Of a stretch of DNA of 39,290 bases, positions 10,963-22,669 are shown in pieces. The stretch lies in assembly GCF_001194135.2 (NCBI RefSeq), contig NC_068990.1, positions 49,421,862 to 49,461,151 on the forward strand. The letters are read 5' to 3'. The notes beneath the pieces were generated by a model. The model was not told the DNA's origin, ran no database searches, and saw only the letters and a list, made by a program, of their open reading frames with translations. Origin of the DNA: Octopus bimaculoides (Eukaryota). A program made the position numbers and the translations under genes. How positions within the stretch are numbered: position 1 is the first letter of the stretch; every line of letters starts with the position of its first letter.

Positions 10963-12413
10963 GGTGGTAGACCACTTTCTTATGACATAACAGTTTCAAT
11001 TTTAGAAACAAATCAACTAATTATGCTTTCACTTCATTTGTAATCTATGCATATAAATTTGACATGGGCGATTCTTTCTTGTCTTGGGATTCAGTCAAAT
11101 GGCTGGGTAGAATTGCGCGAAAAATTACACAGATATGTAGAATGATCCGGTGGTGTTGCTGGGCTTTGTATTTTTTCATAGCTCCCATGGTTACCAAGAT
11201 AATCCACTATAATAATAATACTCTTGTGTTTATGAATGAGAATGGAAGGGGTGATAGATGAATAAGGAAGGAAAGGGTGATGTCATATTTGGTAGTGAGA
11301 TGATGAAAATTGTACACTGAAAAAAAAAAATCAAAGTGTTTCAACTCTGTGTGAGTATATGTGTATTGTGTATGTAAAAGGCGGGGGTATGTGAATGTGT
11401 GTGTGCATGTGCAATGGAAGTGGGATGATTCATCTTTGCTCAGTATTTGGGTTTAATTTTTTGATTTGGTTGAATCTTGGTTGTTTTTTTTTTGTTTTTT
11501 GCTGGTCAGTTATTTTTAGCGTTTTGACAGAAAAAAGTAATTCTAAAACTGTTTTTTAACATAAGTAATTTTCTGTTTACAGTGCTCCACAAAAAAATTT
11601 TTTTGAATTTCAGTGATTTTTGAATCTTGGACAAAGTATTTACCAACTGAATTATAAATATAAATTTACAGTTTTGAATAAAGTATCTTATATATATATA
11701 TATATATATTACCGGTATATATATATATATATAGACACACACACATATGCATATATATATAACAGGAATTTAAAAAAAAAACACACACATAAAGTTGATG
11801 ACAAGGAAATATACACAAAACTGGAAATAGCAATTAAGGGTCAGTCATATTAAACAAAAAAAAACTATCTTCATTAATAAACCCTTTATTCTACTCTAAT
11901 CTGGGTAGACATTAGTACTCTTTTTAAAAGTCCCATTCATTTATATCACAGTTTATTCTTGACAAAATTAATTCACAAAGAGCTGCATTTTGAGGAAATA
12001 ATAATAAAAAAAAGAAGAAAAGTCAGATGTTAAAATATAAAGAGTTTCATAAAAAATAAATGAATTGTTTAAAGTTTGACTTACTATTGGGTTCATGTAT
12101 TTTTTATTTTTAAAGAACAAATATCAAGATAATCTAAAGTTTAACAATGTGTTACCTTATTTGCTTAGCAGTTCCAGCCTCTAGTTACTGTCCAAAAGTA
12201 AAGTAGAGAATGAAATGAATCTGAAATGTCGACCTCAAGATTATTACTTGAAAGCTTTACCAGTGCATTGATTTCAAATATAAACAGGCATACTTAGAGT
12301 TGTTGGAATCATAACTAACAAATAGATATTAATATAACAGTGCACATACACATGCACACACGTACACCTCCATATGCATTTGGACACATAACTATTATTT
12401 TGATTTTATAATA

Positions 12414-13658
12414 TTAATAACATCTTTTCGTTGAATATGGGTATTTTGTTTTCAGTTCTTCTTTAAATTTCCGAAATAACATACGGTTTTGATTCAACTC
12501 TTTAACTTTGTTATTGTGAAAGTTTGTTGGTGTCTTTAAGCCTTGATGAACAATAAATGCATTACTCAAAACATTAAATGTATATCCAGCAACATGCAGC
12601 TCACACACGTTGCTAATTCGGTTAAAACCATATTGTTTAAATCGTTCATCATAAGCTGGCACAAAATATCGGGTAATAAAAAATGGTTCCCAAGGGTCTT
12701 TCCAGGGAATGTTGTAAGCTACTTTCATGTAAGAACCATCAATTTCTCTCCAGGTTTCATAGTCCGTATGCTGCTGACATTTCCAGCAGACTTCAAAATA
12801 AAAGGGTCGAACCTGTAGATTATCCCATTTTTTCAAAAGATCTTTCTTGTCAATGGGCATTGAAACATTTAAATTTGATTCAAAACTTGGAACAACAAAA
12901 GCTGTTAAATTTGGTAAAAATGTATCTGCAACTTTAATGAATTCAGAGAAATTATTTCTTAATCCAGGGGAAGGAAGCATATCAATGTCAATCATAAAAA
13001 TAAATTCAGTTCTGGAATTCTTTATTGCAAAATTTCGTAGAACATTATGAGGATATTGAATATTGTCAAAGCTATAATTTGGAATGTTGGATGAAAGTAT
13101 ATTTGGTAAGTCTTCACAAGACACAATTGAAGATTCATAACTGTTGTGAAGATTTCTAGGATATCTTTGCAAAGGATAAACAAGATGGAATGAAACCATT
13201 TCTAAAACAATTGGATTACATTTCCGTAAAGCTGCAATTGTCAATAGAGCAGTGACAATGTAATTGTCAAATGCGAAAACTGTTACAGATATTGGGCCTT
13301 CCCATTGATTTGCCAATTTGACAATGCATTGTATGTTATTGAGTGATGTCTGAGTTACCACAGTAACATCATACCTTTCACGAGTAGGTTTAGATGTAGA
13401 CAAGGGGCAATGACTGCAAAGAGCTACATCTGCAATCATATGGTAAGATCCGGAGGAATCAAGTTTATAGGATTCATATATTTTCTTAATCATTTCTGAA
13501 ACCTCATTTTTTTTTGCAGTTTTTGTATTGCCTCTTATCTTTGATAAGAGAATTATGTGTGTGATTTGTATAACTACAATGAGTAGGAAGAATAAAATGA
13601 TCAATTTGGATAATGTTAACCTCCGCTGTTTTGAGTAAAGCTTCCATCTACAAAGCAT
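12414..13658 (-). CDS. B4GAT1: Beta-1,4-glucuronyltransferase 1 (GT49 family, type II Golgi membrane protein), 414 aa, single coding exon
   Basis: ATG at 13658-13656 (MLCRWKL...); the ORF track extends it upstream to a TTG. Basic N-terminus plus hydrophobic anchor (LIILFFLLIVVIQITHIILL). Motifs WEGPISVTVF, YPHNVLRN, DxD (IDIDM), WEPFFI and YDERFKQYGFNRISNVCELHVAGYTF..AFIVHQG closely match vertebrate B4GAT1. No stops or frameshifts. Confidence 0.93.
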   Translation of the reverse strand: MLCRWKLYSKQRRLTLSKLIILFFLLIVVIQITHIILLSKIRGNTKTAKKNEVSEMIKKIYESYKLDSSGSYHMIADVALCSHCPLSTSKPTRERYDVTVVTQTSLNNIQCIVKLANQWEGPISVTVFAFDNYIVTALLTIAALRKCNPIVLEMVSFHLVYPLQRYPRNLHNSYESSIVSCEDLPNILSSNIPNYSFDNIQYPHNVLRNFAIKNSRTEFIFMIDIDMLPSPGLRNNFSEFIKVADTFLPNLTAFVVPSFESNLNVSMPIDKKDLLKKWDNLQVRPFYFEVCWKCQQHTDYETWREIDGSYMKVAYNIPWKDPWEPFFITRYFVPAYDERFKQYGFNRISNVCELHVAGYTFNVLSNAFIVHQGLKTPTNFHNNKVKELNQNRMLFRKFKEELKTKYPYSTKRCY

Positions 13659-13914
13659 TTTAGAAGAAAAACTGAAGTTACCAGTTAGAGTTGAGAGATG
13701 CAAAACAGATGACTTCCCAAGTGGTTACTACAAATAGATGTTGTAATATTCTCATACATTTCTAAAGCAGCATTAGAGCCATTCCACAACATTTTTTTTT
13801 CTCCTTCTCCTTATTGTTGTCTGTGGAAATAAATAAATAGATAAATTTATATAAAATACTTCATTTTCAAGGAATATGCTTAAAGATAATACTGAAAAAG
13901 AAAAAAAAATCTGT

Positions 13915-14124
13915 AAACATTCAGATTATTTTATCAGGAACTTACATTGTTTTGAATTAAGCATGCATTATCTGGTAGCTTCAAGATTTCGAATGATGCG
14001 ATTGTTTACTTTTAGAATGACAGACTTTTAAAATGACAGTCATTTAGATATGAGAGGCCAGATCTATCAGATCTAGGTAGAATATTCAGACTAGATATGG
14101 CCAGTTTAAATGCTGAAGGGATAG
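13915..14124 (+). mobile_element. Degenerate short non-autonomous DNA element (piggyBac-like TTAA MITE family)
   Basis: Ends gatatggccagtttaaatgctgaagggatag, a decayed form of the ..AAATGCTAAAGGGTTAA terminus I recall from a common octopus repeat. Termini are degraded. Confidence 0.35.
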
Positions 14125-14964
14125 GATATGAAGTAGGTCGAATTAACAGCCAACATTGTTTACAAATACATGTGTATGTGTGTGTGTGTGTATTGTTAAT
14201 ATTGAAAGTTTGATGCTAAGTAACCTCTCTTATGTGCCGTGAACTATTTCAATGACACTGGTGGCTCTTCTGACAATCCTCAATCAAGGGTGTTGCACAA
14301 AACTACTGAAAGGGTGGACTGATATATTCACTGGTTGTTGAAGAAAAACAGGAAAATGACTACAGTTGACATTTGACCATGTATAAATTGGTGTCACTAC
14401 AATCAAAAATTGACTCAAGAGCACAGGAATTAGATGAAGTGAAAAATCTTACACATAGATGAGTTGAAGTTTAATTTGTTCAGCAGGGTTGGCTGAGTGT
14501 AAGCTCCATGCCAAACAGGAGAATAATTTCACCCAGAGTGCATGAATCTAATAGTGATATCTATCATTATTTGAAGCTGTATGTCTGCAAAAAGACTTGG
14601 TTCCATACATCAGATCAAAAGTAACATGAAAAGTACAACAAATGTGGAAATCTTAGAGAAGACTATGCTTCTATATGCCACAAGTCATTTGATCCTTTTG
14701 TGAATTTTTCAGTAAGATATTTTAAAAACATTTTGCAGGAATAATCAAAGAATTCATCAAAAGTAAGAAAATCTGCATGTTGCAATAGCTATCATAATCT
14801 TCAAATTTAAATCTGGTAGTAAAACTGTTGAAGAATTGACACAAGTGCTCAATGACAGAAATCCATGAAATTGAGTGAATTGTATGAAAAAAAGAAAGAA
14901 CTTGCAAATAACAGGATCATTAAACTTATTGTAGATGTGATTTGATTCAATTTTGAGAAATTTT

Positions 14965-15688
14965 GGATCTCGTTCAAAACGGGGGCACCAGTTTTCATTT
15001 ATGTTTTATGTAGTGTTTTTGGTACCGAAAGACTTTCAAACTTCGTATACTTATGTAATTTGTGTTATACAACAGAAAAAAATTTTTGTATTCGAAGTTA
15101 TTTCATGTAAAAAATTGTCTTATTTCGATAATTTCAACCAATCACTGACAAGTATTCAGCTGTTTATAGTTACTCCTTTGGCAGTTTAAGCGGTGTAAAG
15201 CGTATTTAATCTCCATTACTTCTGACATTTTGCAGAGAGGCAACACACGTGTGTTCGTTTCCCTTCGTTTTATTTTTAATATAATTTCGTTAACATCTGC
15301 CTGAACTGTATGTGTACAACATTTGCCCTAACCCTAACCCTTCCCTCAAAAACCAGGTCTTGTGCCTATAATAGAAAAGTTTATTAGCTACTGCCAATAT
15401 GCTTCAGCCATTTTTTGACAAGGAAATAATAATTTTATCACCGCCAGAATCGTTTGAGAATCGTTTGTTTACGTAGTCAGCACTTACTGTATTCGGCTGA
15501 ATGGACGTCAGTCATTGGTTGAAATTACAGAAATACGACAACTTTAACATGAAATAAGTTGCAATATAATAATTTTTCTTAAGAAGACTAAGAGAAAAAG
15601 ATGTTTTATATGACACATTCTACCAGTGTCTCAAGTTTCAAAGTGTTTCGTTAAGAAAATACTGGCGCCCCCGTTTTGAACTAGATCC
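14965..15688. mobile_element. 724-bp MITE with 28-bp TIRs and an 8-bp target-site duplication
   Basis: Left ggatctcgttcaaaacgggggcaccagt versus right (reverse complement) ggatctagttcaaaacgggggcgccagt, 26/28 identical. Flanks gaaatttt (14957-14964) and gaaatttc (15689-15696). Contains a short ccctaaccctaaccc tract at about 15325-15340. Confidence 0.85.
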
Positions 15689-16049
15689 GAAATTTCAGGT
15701 ACCCAATCAAAAATTAGTGCCCTATGATTTTATTCTTTCCATTTTGTTGAAAAAAAAAATTGATTTAAATATTTTGAAACTTAGTAAAATTTAGTCATTT
15801 TTGTGGCATTGTTGATACTATCAATAACTGCATTTGGTAAATTTAAAATGTTCGTGATTAAACTTACATTTGACTGCCATTTCTAGCATATCGAACCCTC
15901 ACCTGGAGGCTACCTCGTTGATTTCAAAAGTAGTTTCAAGTGAAAAATGAAACCAGGCTGAAACGATTTTGATAAGGACCGAGTAACAGAATGAAAGCGA
16001 TTACAAGAGGACTGTGTATTTGTAAAAAAATTCATGTGATACCTTACTT

Positions 16050-17226
16050 AAAATTCACATATTTAAAATTGTAACCTTCATTAATTGTTACAGAGGCTCT
16101 AAATGTTCATGAATTATAACTAACAACTACAAATACGCAGATAACCTCGTTCAGGGGCTACTCATAAATTCGTCCAGTTCATTAAATAGGAGAGATAAAT
16201 CAGAGCTTTGTCTCAGTAGCTATTTAAATGTTTGGAGCTACCGGAGTTTGGCACGAATTTTTAAACCTATTTCGTATAGATTCAGTTAAAGGGGAGTTGT
16301 CTGACCTCAGGTCAGTCCTGACCGAGTTGATCAATGATCAAATGCATTCTAACCATAATCATCTGACGTTTATTCAAACCTAGGGTATTTAGGACGGCAT
16401 AATCTTATATACCTTTTTTTTTTTTTTTTTTTCAAAAACAGTAAGGTGTGATTTGAAGGCGACTTTGCTGCTATGTCAAGTAGATAGAACTACACAGACG
16501 CTTGCTCGTTTAAAAGGGCTAAGTGAAAGCTTCATTTATTAACCATAAAAATAGAAGATATAGCTTTTATAAAACTATCAAAGCTGATATCTAAATAAAA
16601 TTAAATTTGTATCAGGAAAGAATCTGTATACGACAAGGCTTGTTCCCACCGCCAAGATCATACCTTAGTTTATATTTTTCTAAAGGAATACTGTCTAGAT
16701 TTGGTTTTANNNNNNNNNNNNNNNNNNNNNNNNNNNNNNNNNNNNNNNNNNNNNNNNNNNNNNNNNNNNNNNNNNNNNNNNNNNNNNNNNNNNNNNNNNN
16801 NNNNNNNNNNNNNNNNNNNNNNNNNNNNNNNNNNNNNNNNNNNNNNNNNNNNNNNNNNNNNNNNNNNNNNNNNNNNNNNNNNNNNNNNNNNNNNNNATTC
16901 TGTTGAATGAGTTTTGAAAAATACGCAATTTTAATTAAATTGATTTGTATTCTATTTAAAAGTGAACATAAATTCAATATGTTTATTAATTCTTAATGCG
17001 AAAACAAATTTGTTTTCAACGGTTTACAATATACCAATTATGATAACCGTAACAGCAATTGTATGTTTCAGTCAGCCGTTTTACTAAACAAAAAAATTCA
17101 AAACCAGTTGATTAATTAATAAAAACGAAAGAATGGCGGCAATGTTTCTGTTATTTAGGACTGTTACTTCTAAGCAAAATTTTTAACAAGATGAACTGCA
17201 CATACTTACCAATAAAGAATGTAAGT
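16050..17226. promoter_or_regulatory. Candidate CpG-retaining (bidirectional) promoter region spanning an assembly gap
   Basis: About 14 CpGs in 16081-16700 versus about 3 in 18100-18900 (hand count). Minus-strand donor AG|GTATGA at 16664/16663. Plus-strand gaATGGCGGC at 17131-17140 and AT|GTAAGT donor at 17220/17221. Confidence 0.4.
16710..16896. other. Assembly gap (N run); further gaps at 24313-24941, 29201-29915, 30622-31118, 32179-32441 and 34763-35054
   Basis: Runs of N in the sequence. All ORF-track entries dominated by X are artefacts of these gaps. Confidence 1.
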
Positions 17227-17617
17227 AAATCCATACCACAATAATACAAAGGTGAAATAGCAAAAATGTATGAACAAAATAAAAGACTATTGTAAATCAG
17301 GCTTATGTATAAATACCTGGTAAAAAGCAATGAGTTGAGAGTTAGAGTTATTTGCCCTTTGTATGAAACTTATATTCAGCAAACCAAAAACTGAATTCCA
17401 ATAATCTATGTTTTTAATAATATATTAACTTTGAAATTTTATTACGTTCTGTAAGGAAATTATATACTATTATTGATTTCTTACATCGACCAATATTGAA
17501 TATTAAAAGTTCGTCGCCCAACGCTTTCTGCTAATAAAATGTCTTCTTGGGAAAATGACATTTTGTAAAGCTTGTCTCTTAAATATTCAGAAGTAACATA
17601 GCAGGTTTATTCAGAGT

Positions 17618-18091
17618 CAGGGCCAAATTTAGACCTAGTGGGAGCCCTATACGATTTTGTATATGTTTTCAGAAGAAAATGTATGTTCTAAGTATTTTCT
17701 AAAAAGGTACTACTTAAAAATGAAGATCTCGTTCAAAACAAAGATAATAGAGAGGGCTCCCATAAAATCTAGGGATCCCAAACAGTTTGAAGAGGCTCAA
17801 AACTTTAAAAAGTCTTGGTAGATTCAGCAGGTCTCAGTAAATTAAATGGCTTCTTAAATTTAAAAGGGCCCAATAAATCAAAAGAGGGTTCAATAATTTT
17901 AAAATAATTCTATTGAATTAAAAGAAAATTTTAATGAGTAAAAAATATTACAAATTTTATATTTGATGGCAGTAAATATGTTTTTTTAATTTTTAGCTCC
18001 AGGCTTTTGAATTCTCTGAGTTAAAGGGGCCTCTAATGCTTGGGGCTCCTGGGCCATGACCTATATTGTCTCATACATAAATCTAGCCCTG
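17618..18091. mobile_element. 474-bp hAT-like MITE
   Basis: TIRs cagggccaaattta and (reverse complement) cagggctagattta, 11/14 identical. Degenerate 8-bp TSD ttcagagt / gtcatagt (6/8). Confidence 0.65.
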
Positions 18092-18989
18092 GTCATAGTC
18101 ATATCTGTTCTATATTGTACGTCATATAAACACTATATTTAGAAAATGTTTTAACCCTTTCATACCTGTAAATTTTTTCTGTATTTAAGCTGTTGTCTGG
18201 GACATTACATTACAAGGGCTTCTGAGATCAAGTTATGTCAGAATGTTTTAATTTAAACATTTAAAATGAGAGATTTGTATGACAGAACCAGAGATGGTCT
18301 TTCAATATCATATTATAAAGTCATTAGTTCTAAATTTCCTTTTCAATATTATTAGTTAGAGTTGAAGAGGAAGTACTCATGACAGGAGAATAATTTCACT
18401 CAGAGTGCATGAATCTTCCTTGCCAATGATGTTCAGTTTAAATTTCAATAGATATCTAAATAAAAAGTATAGTGAAATGACAAGGCAAAGTATATCATGC
18501 AGTTAGGCAGGTGACACACAGTAAAGAAGATGCATTGAGCTGATTGTAGTAGAGATGGTAGGTACTTTGCTTGTTTAGTGAAGAAGGAGCTGTTTGTAGT
18601 CGATGTAGAAGAGGAAGAAAGAAAAAATAATGGTTTTGTTACTCAATGTAGTATGTTGCTGATTGAATTTTTGTCAATCAATTAAATAACCATTTTGAGA
18701 TGGATTCTAGAATGTTTGTATATGTAGTACCAGCATCCCTACTTCATATATATATGGCGGCAGTGAACCAATGAAGGCTGCACTCAATTATTATTATTAT
18801 TTATATATTTATTTCTTTATTTTGTAAAAGAGTATATATGATATATGAAATGTTGAAATATAGAACTGTCACCAAACCAACTTGAAGTGTAGACCACTAT
18901 ACTGAATTGTATGCATATAAAAAATCTTTTTCAAAATTATTTTAATATTTTTTTGTCAAATACCCTTGTCCTTAAAAAGAATATTCAGT

Positions 18990-19130
18990 CAGAGTTGTGG
19001 GCTCAGGAGGTTTGTTTTGTAACCATATAGCTTTGGGTTCAGTCCCACGGTGTGGTACCATAGGCAAGTGTCTTCTATTATAACTTCAAGCTGAGCAATG
19101 ATTTGTGAGTGAATTTGATAGACAGAAATT
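18990..19130 (+). mobile_element. Degenerate Meta-type tRNA-derived SINE
   Basis: gggttcagtcccac..ggcaagtgtcttcta..gtgagtgaatttgatagacagaaa aligns with the better-preserved copy at 32018-32178. Confidence 0.65.
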
Positions 19131-19134
19131 GTGT

Positions 19135-20900
19135 TGTTATTTTGTTTCATTTCAAGATTTTTTTGCCGATAGAGAGAAAGCCAGTTTCTAACCTAGATCC
19201 AAGGCTCCTTTCATTGGAATTTCAACATTAACAGGGTATTTTTGTATATATGTATATGTGCAGATTTGTATGTTTCCTTTTATATATGTATTTTCATGCA
19301 TATAGTTGCATGTCTAAACATGCTGATAAACTTCTGGGAAGTTTTATAGATTTTTACAGTTCCAGTGATGGCTTGGATCTGTAGTCTTCAAATCAGCTTT
19401 CTCCTTTCTGGTTTTAAGAAGCCTAATTTATCAAGATTGGATTTTAGGCAGTGTGTTACATTTCCCAATGCCCCAATAATTACAAGTATAAACCTGAACT
19501 TGTAGTCTGGCTAGAGTAGGTTCCTCAATAGTTCAGCATAGATATATTGTTTTTCACTGATCTTTAGCTTTATCTTAACAACCACTGAGCAGCTGTCTTT
19601 GAATGTCGTAGCATCTTTTAACTATCAAGTGTTGAAGTGCATCCCTTGACCAAGTTTGCATACATGAGGCTGATAACATCATGAGACTTGGAAAGCAGCT
19701 GTACAGTTTGTCTTCTCTGTCCCAAATTACTATGTCAGATCTTTTATGTTTACATATTTTTGAGGTTTTCGTTGGGACATTCCACCAGTACTTCTTTTTA
19801 TTGTGAGTGGCTATGGCTTCTACCATAGAGTAAGTTCTTATTTCAAGGGGTTATCCTTCCGACAGATTTCATTATACAGTGTCCTAGTTATAACATCATG
19901 TCACATTGGTAGATAACACCATGATGACATTTTCGGACAACTGTTTATGATGTGGGTAATATTTTCAGTGTTAACTCCACACAGTCTGCATCAGTTATCA
20001 CATTTTGCTGCTTTTCCTACGTCTCTGTCCCTTTTGTGCATCAGGTATTTGGTTGATATTTCTTATTCTTGGAATGCAAATGCATACCCTTCAACGTTTG
20101 AGTTAGTAATCTGGTTGTTGGTCCATGATAGACTGTTTTGATGATTAATGTTACTATCACCCTGGAGCTTTCTACTAACATATCTATGCATGATCTTCTG
20201 CCGATATACACTCATCCTTTCATCTGATGATACTTTGCAGTAGAATCGTGCATGCATTTAAGTTATCAGACAAGAAATGCTGCTCAAGGAGCTGCTTTCC
20301 AACTCTCATGATATTATCAGCCTCATGTATGCAAACTTGGTCAAAGGATGCACTTCAACACCTGATGGTTAAAAGATGTTTCCAAAGGCATATGGTATGA
20401 CATTCAAAGACAGTCTAGATTGTTGTTAATCCTTTGCCCCCTTGTTTTCATTTTAGATAGAGGCAGTCTACATTACTGCTGATGTAGAAATTATGTGTGC
20501 TGGTTAGTATCTTCTGAGTTTTCACATCAATGGCTCAGACCTCATCAAGCATCCAATCAAGTAGCCCAAACGTTGGTATGAGTACTGGCACTGCAAACAC
20601 ATTGTAGGCCACAGTTTTATTGAATGCAGAGAGTTCTGAGATCTATATTTTCTTTATTCAATTGTAATATTCTTTAGTGACACATGTCTTGTTACAGGTG
20701 CCACTGTAAGATATGTTTTCATTCACCCCAAGATACCTGTAACATCCCTCATCAGATACAGGAGAAACAGTTAAGTCATTGATGGAGAGGTTGTTAGTAT
20801 GTTTCACAACCATATAGCAACATTTATCCTGATCAAACTCCAGTCCTATATCATATGTATGTATATTTAGAAGGTTGTTTGTTATAGCTGGTCAAAGAGT
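19135..20900 (-). mobile_element. 5'-truncated, decayed R4/Dong-type non-LTR retrotransposon (RT C-terminus, RLE endonuclease, 3'UTR)
   Basis: Minus-strand translations give DIGLEFDQDKC, YRYLGVNENISY, ELSAFNK..FAVPVLIPTFGLLD, GGKGL, YWWNVP..KHKRSDIVIWDRE and KIKLKISEKQYIYAELLRNL. The 5' limit is approximate. Confidence 0.85.
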
Positions 20901-21419
20901 GATCATTGGTTTCACACTTATAAAGTGCTTAGCTGTATAGGTGACTCATCAATCTCAAGTGGCTAGAGGCACATAACCTCTTTACAACTGAAGGAGGAAA
21001 TGTCATAGTCAGTTGATTTTGTTAACAAAACTCTACTGGCAAAACCTTAGGTGAAGCAGAGTTATCCCCCCTTAGATATGCTAAAGATAGAGGATGATGG
21101 CAGCATTTCCCTAATTGCCAAATGGGGAATTCCATATTATCAATATGAATTTCCTCTGATGAAGGCATTGGCTAAACACCTCATTTTTATAGTTTAAGTA
21201 GGTCTCTGGGTCAAGTGAGTTTTTTAGGATTCTTGCTCTTTCAGTCAAACAAAGCTTACATCATATGTTCCCATTCAGGTATGGCCCTGGTTGTTCTAAG
21301 AGCCTCCCTTTACTTATGTATGGCATACCTTCTTCTTTTAAATGCCGTATGTCGCTGGTCAGGTTGATGTTATGCCTCTCTGGTATCCTAAAGGAAGACT
21401 TGTGATTTCCACTTGTAGA

Positions 21420-21790
21420 TCCAACATATTTCTGTCTGTGCCCTTGTGCTGGTGGTGTTACAGTTGCTGTTGTTATCACTGTTGATGCTGCTGTCACTGT
21501 TGGACCTATTGTTGCTGCCACTGGCACTACATGCAATGCTGGTGCTGCAGTTGTCACCAAGAAGACTGCTGTTGCTTTTACTGCCAGATACATTGCTGGT
21601 GCCGTTGTTATTGTTGCTGTAGCTACCACTGTTGCTTGACGTAGTCAGTTTAACTGCCACCACCATTGCAATTGCTGTCACTGTTGTTATCGGTGGGTGT
21701 GTTGTTGGTGCCATTGCTGTTGTTGTTTCCTGCACTGCTGTTGCAGTCGCCAGTGCTGGTCACCCCCACAGCTTCATAGACTACACCTTC
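21420..21790. repeat. Cryptic low-complexity trinucleotide region (gtt/gct/ggt/act variants)
   Basis: Runs such as gttgctgttgtt and tgttgttggtgcc give stop-free Thr/Ala/Val-rich and Thr/Ser/Asn-rich minus-strand frames with no recognisable domain. Confidence 0.7.
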
Positions 21791-22669
21791 AGAGTTGCAT
21801 CAACACCCCCACCCTCCTTATGGTGTCATTGATTTTTCTCAGTATATGTTTTCTCACCAGCTTGATTTTCAGTTTAGCTAGGTTAACCAAGTGGTATTTG
21901 GGGTTGGAAGTAAAGCTTGGTTTATGGTCTTTGATGATGATAAAGGCATTTCTCTTAGCTAAATGCTTCCACCCTATCAGCTAGTGGTTCAGCATAATAG
22001 ACTATATATTGACTATATCCTTCAAGACAATACCCCAGCATGGCTATAGTCCAATGACTGAAACAAGTAAAAAATATTAAGAAGAATTTGCCCTGATTAA
22101 ATGTAAAAAGAGTTCTTTCAGAGTTGGTGAACTAAAGAACCATTCCAAGATAGTGGATTAGCAGAATTGTTAAGACATCAGATGAGATACTTTGCAATAT
22201 TTTTTCCAGTTTTTGCATTTTGCATTCTTGAGTGATAAATTTTTAGCACCATCCATATTAACACTACCTGTCTAGTCACTGGATGCCTTTAGCAGTGTTC
22301 AATCTATTGCAGGTATCCAGGCTTGGTTTCTAATGTAATGATAACTTCTTTCCTTCATACCACTAATCTCAGAGGTTGTAAAAATAGCTAAAGGGTTACA
22401 GGGGCTACCCTTTCTCCTAACTATGCTGTACACAAAGAGAATTATTCATTAGTGAGCAAAGAACTCTTTTTGTTAAGGAAAGAGGTATAGCTGATTAATT
22501 TGAACTCTGGCATCTTGTTTATTATTATTTCTTTTTCATAAAAGTAGTAGAAAGATAAAGCAATTGTCACATGATATTTTACCAAATCCTACTATATTTT
22601 TAAGTTCAAATCTGCCAAAGCCAACTTTACTTTCATTATTCAGGAGTTGATATAAAATCCTACATTTTT

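Noticed and set aside
13659-13703. 15-aa N-terminal extension of B4GAT1 in the ORF track
   Set aside because: It starts at a TTG, not an ATG. The ATG at 13658 gives a typical type II membrane N-terminus and a length similar to vertebrate B4GAT1.
20900-21390. Continuation of R4 RT or a separate LTR-element ORF
   Set aside because: No frame gave a motif I could recognise with confidence, so it is left unannotated.
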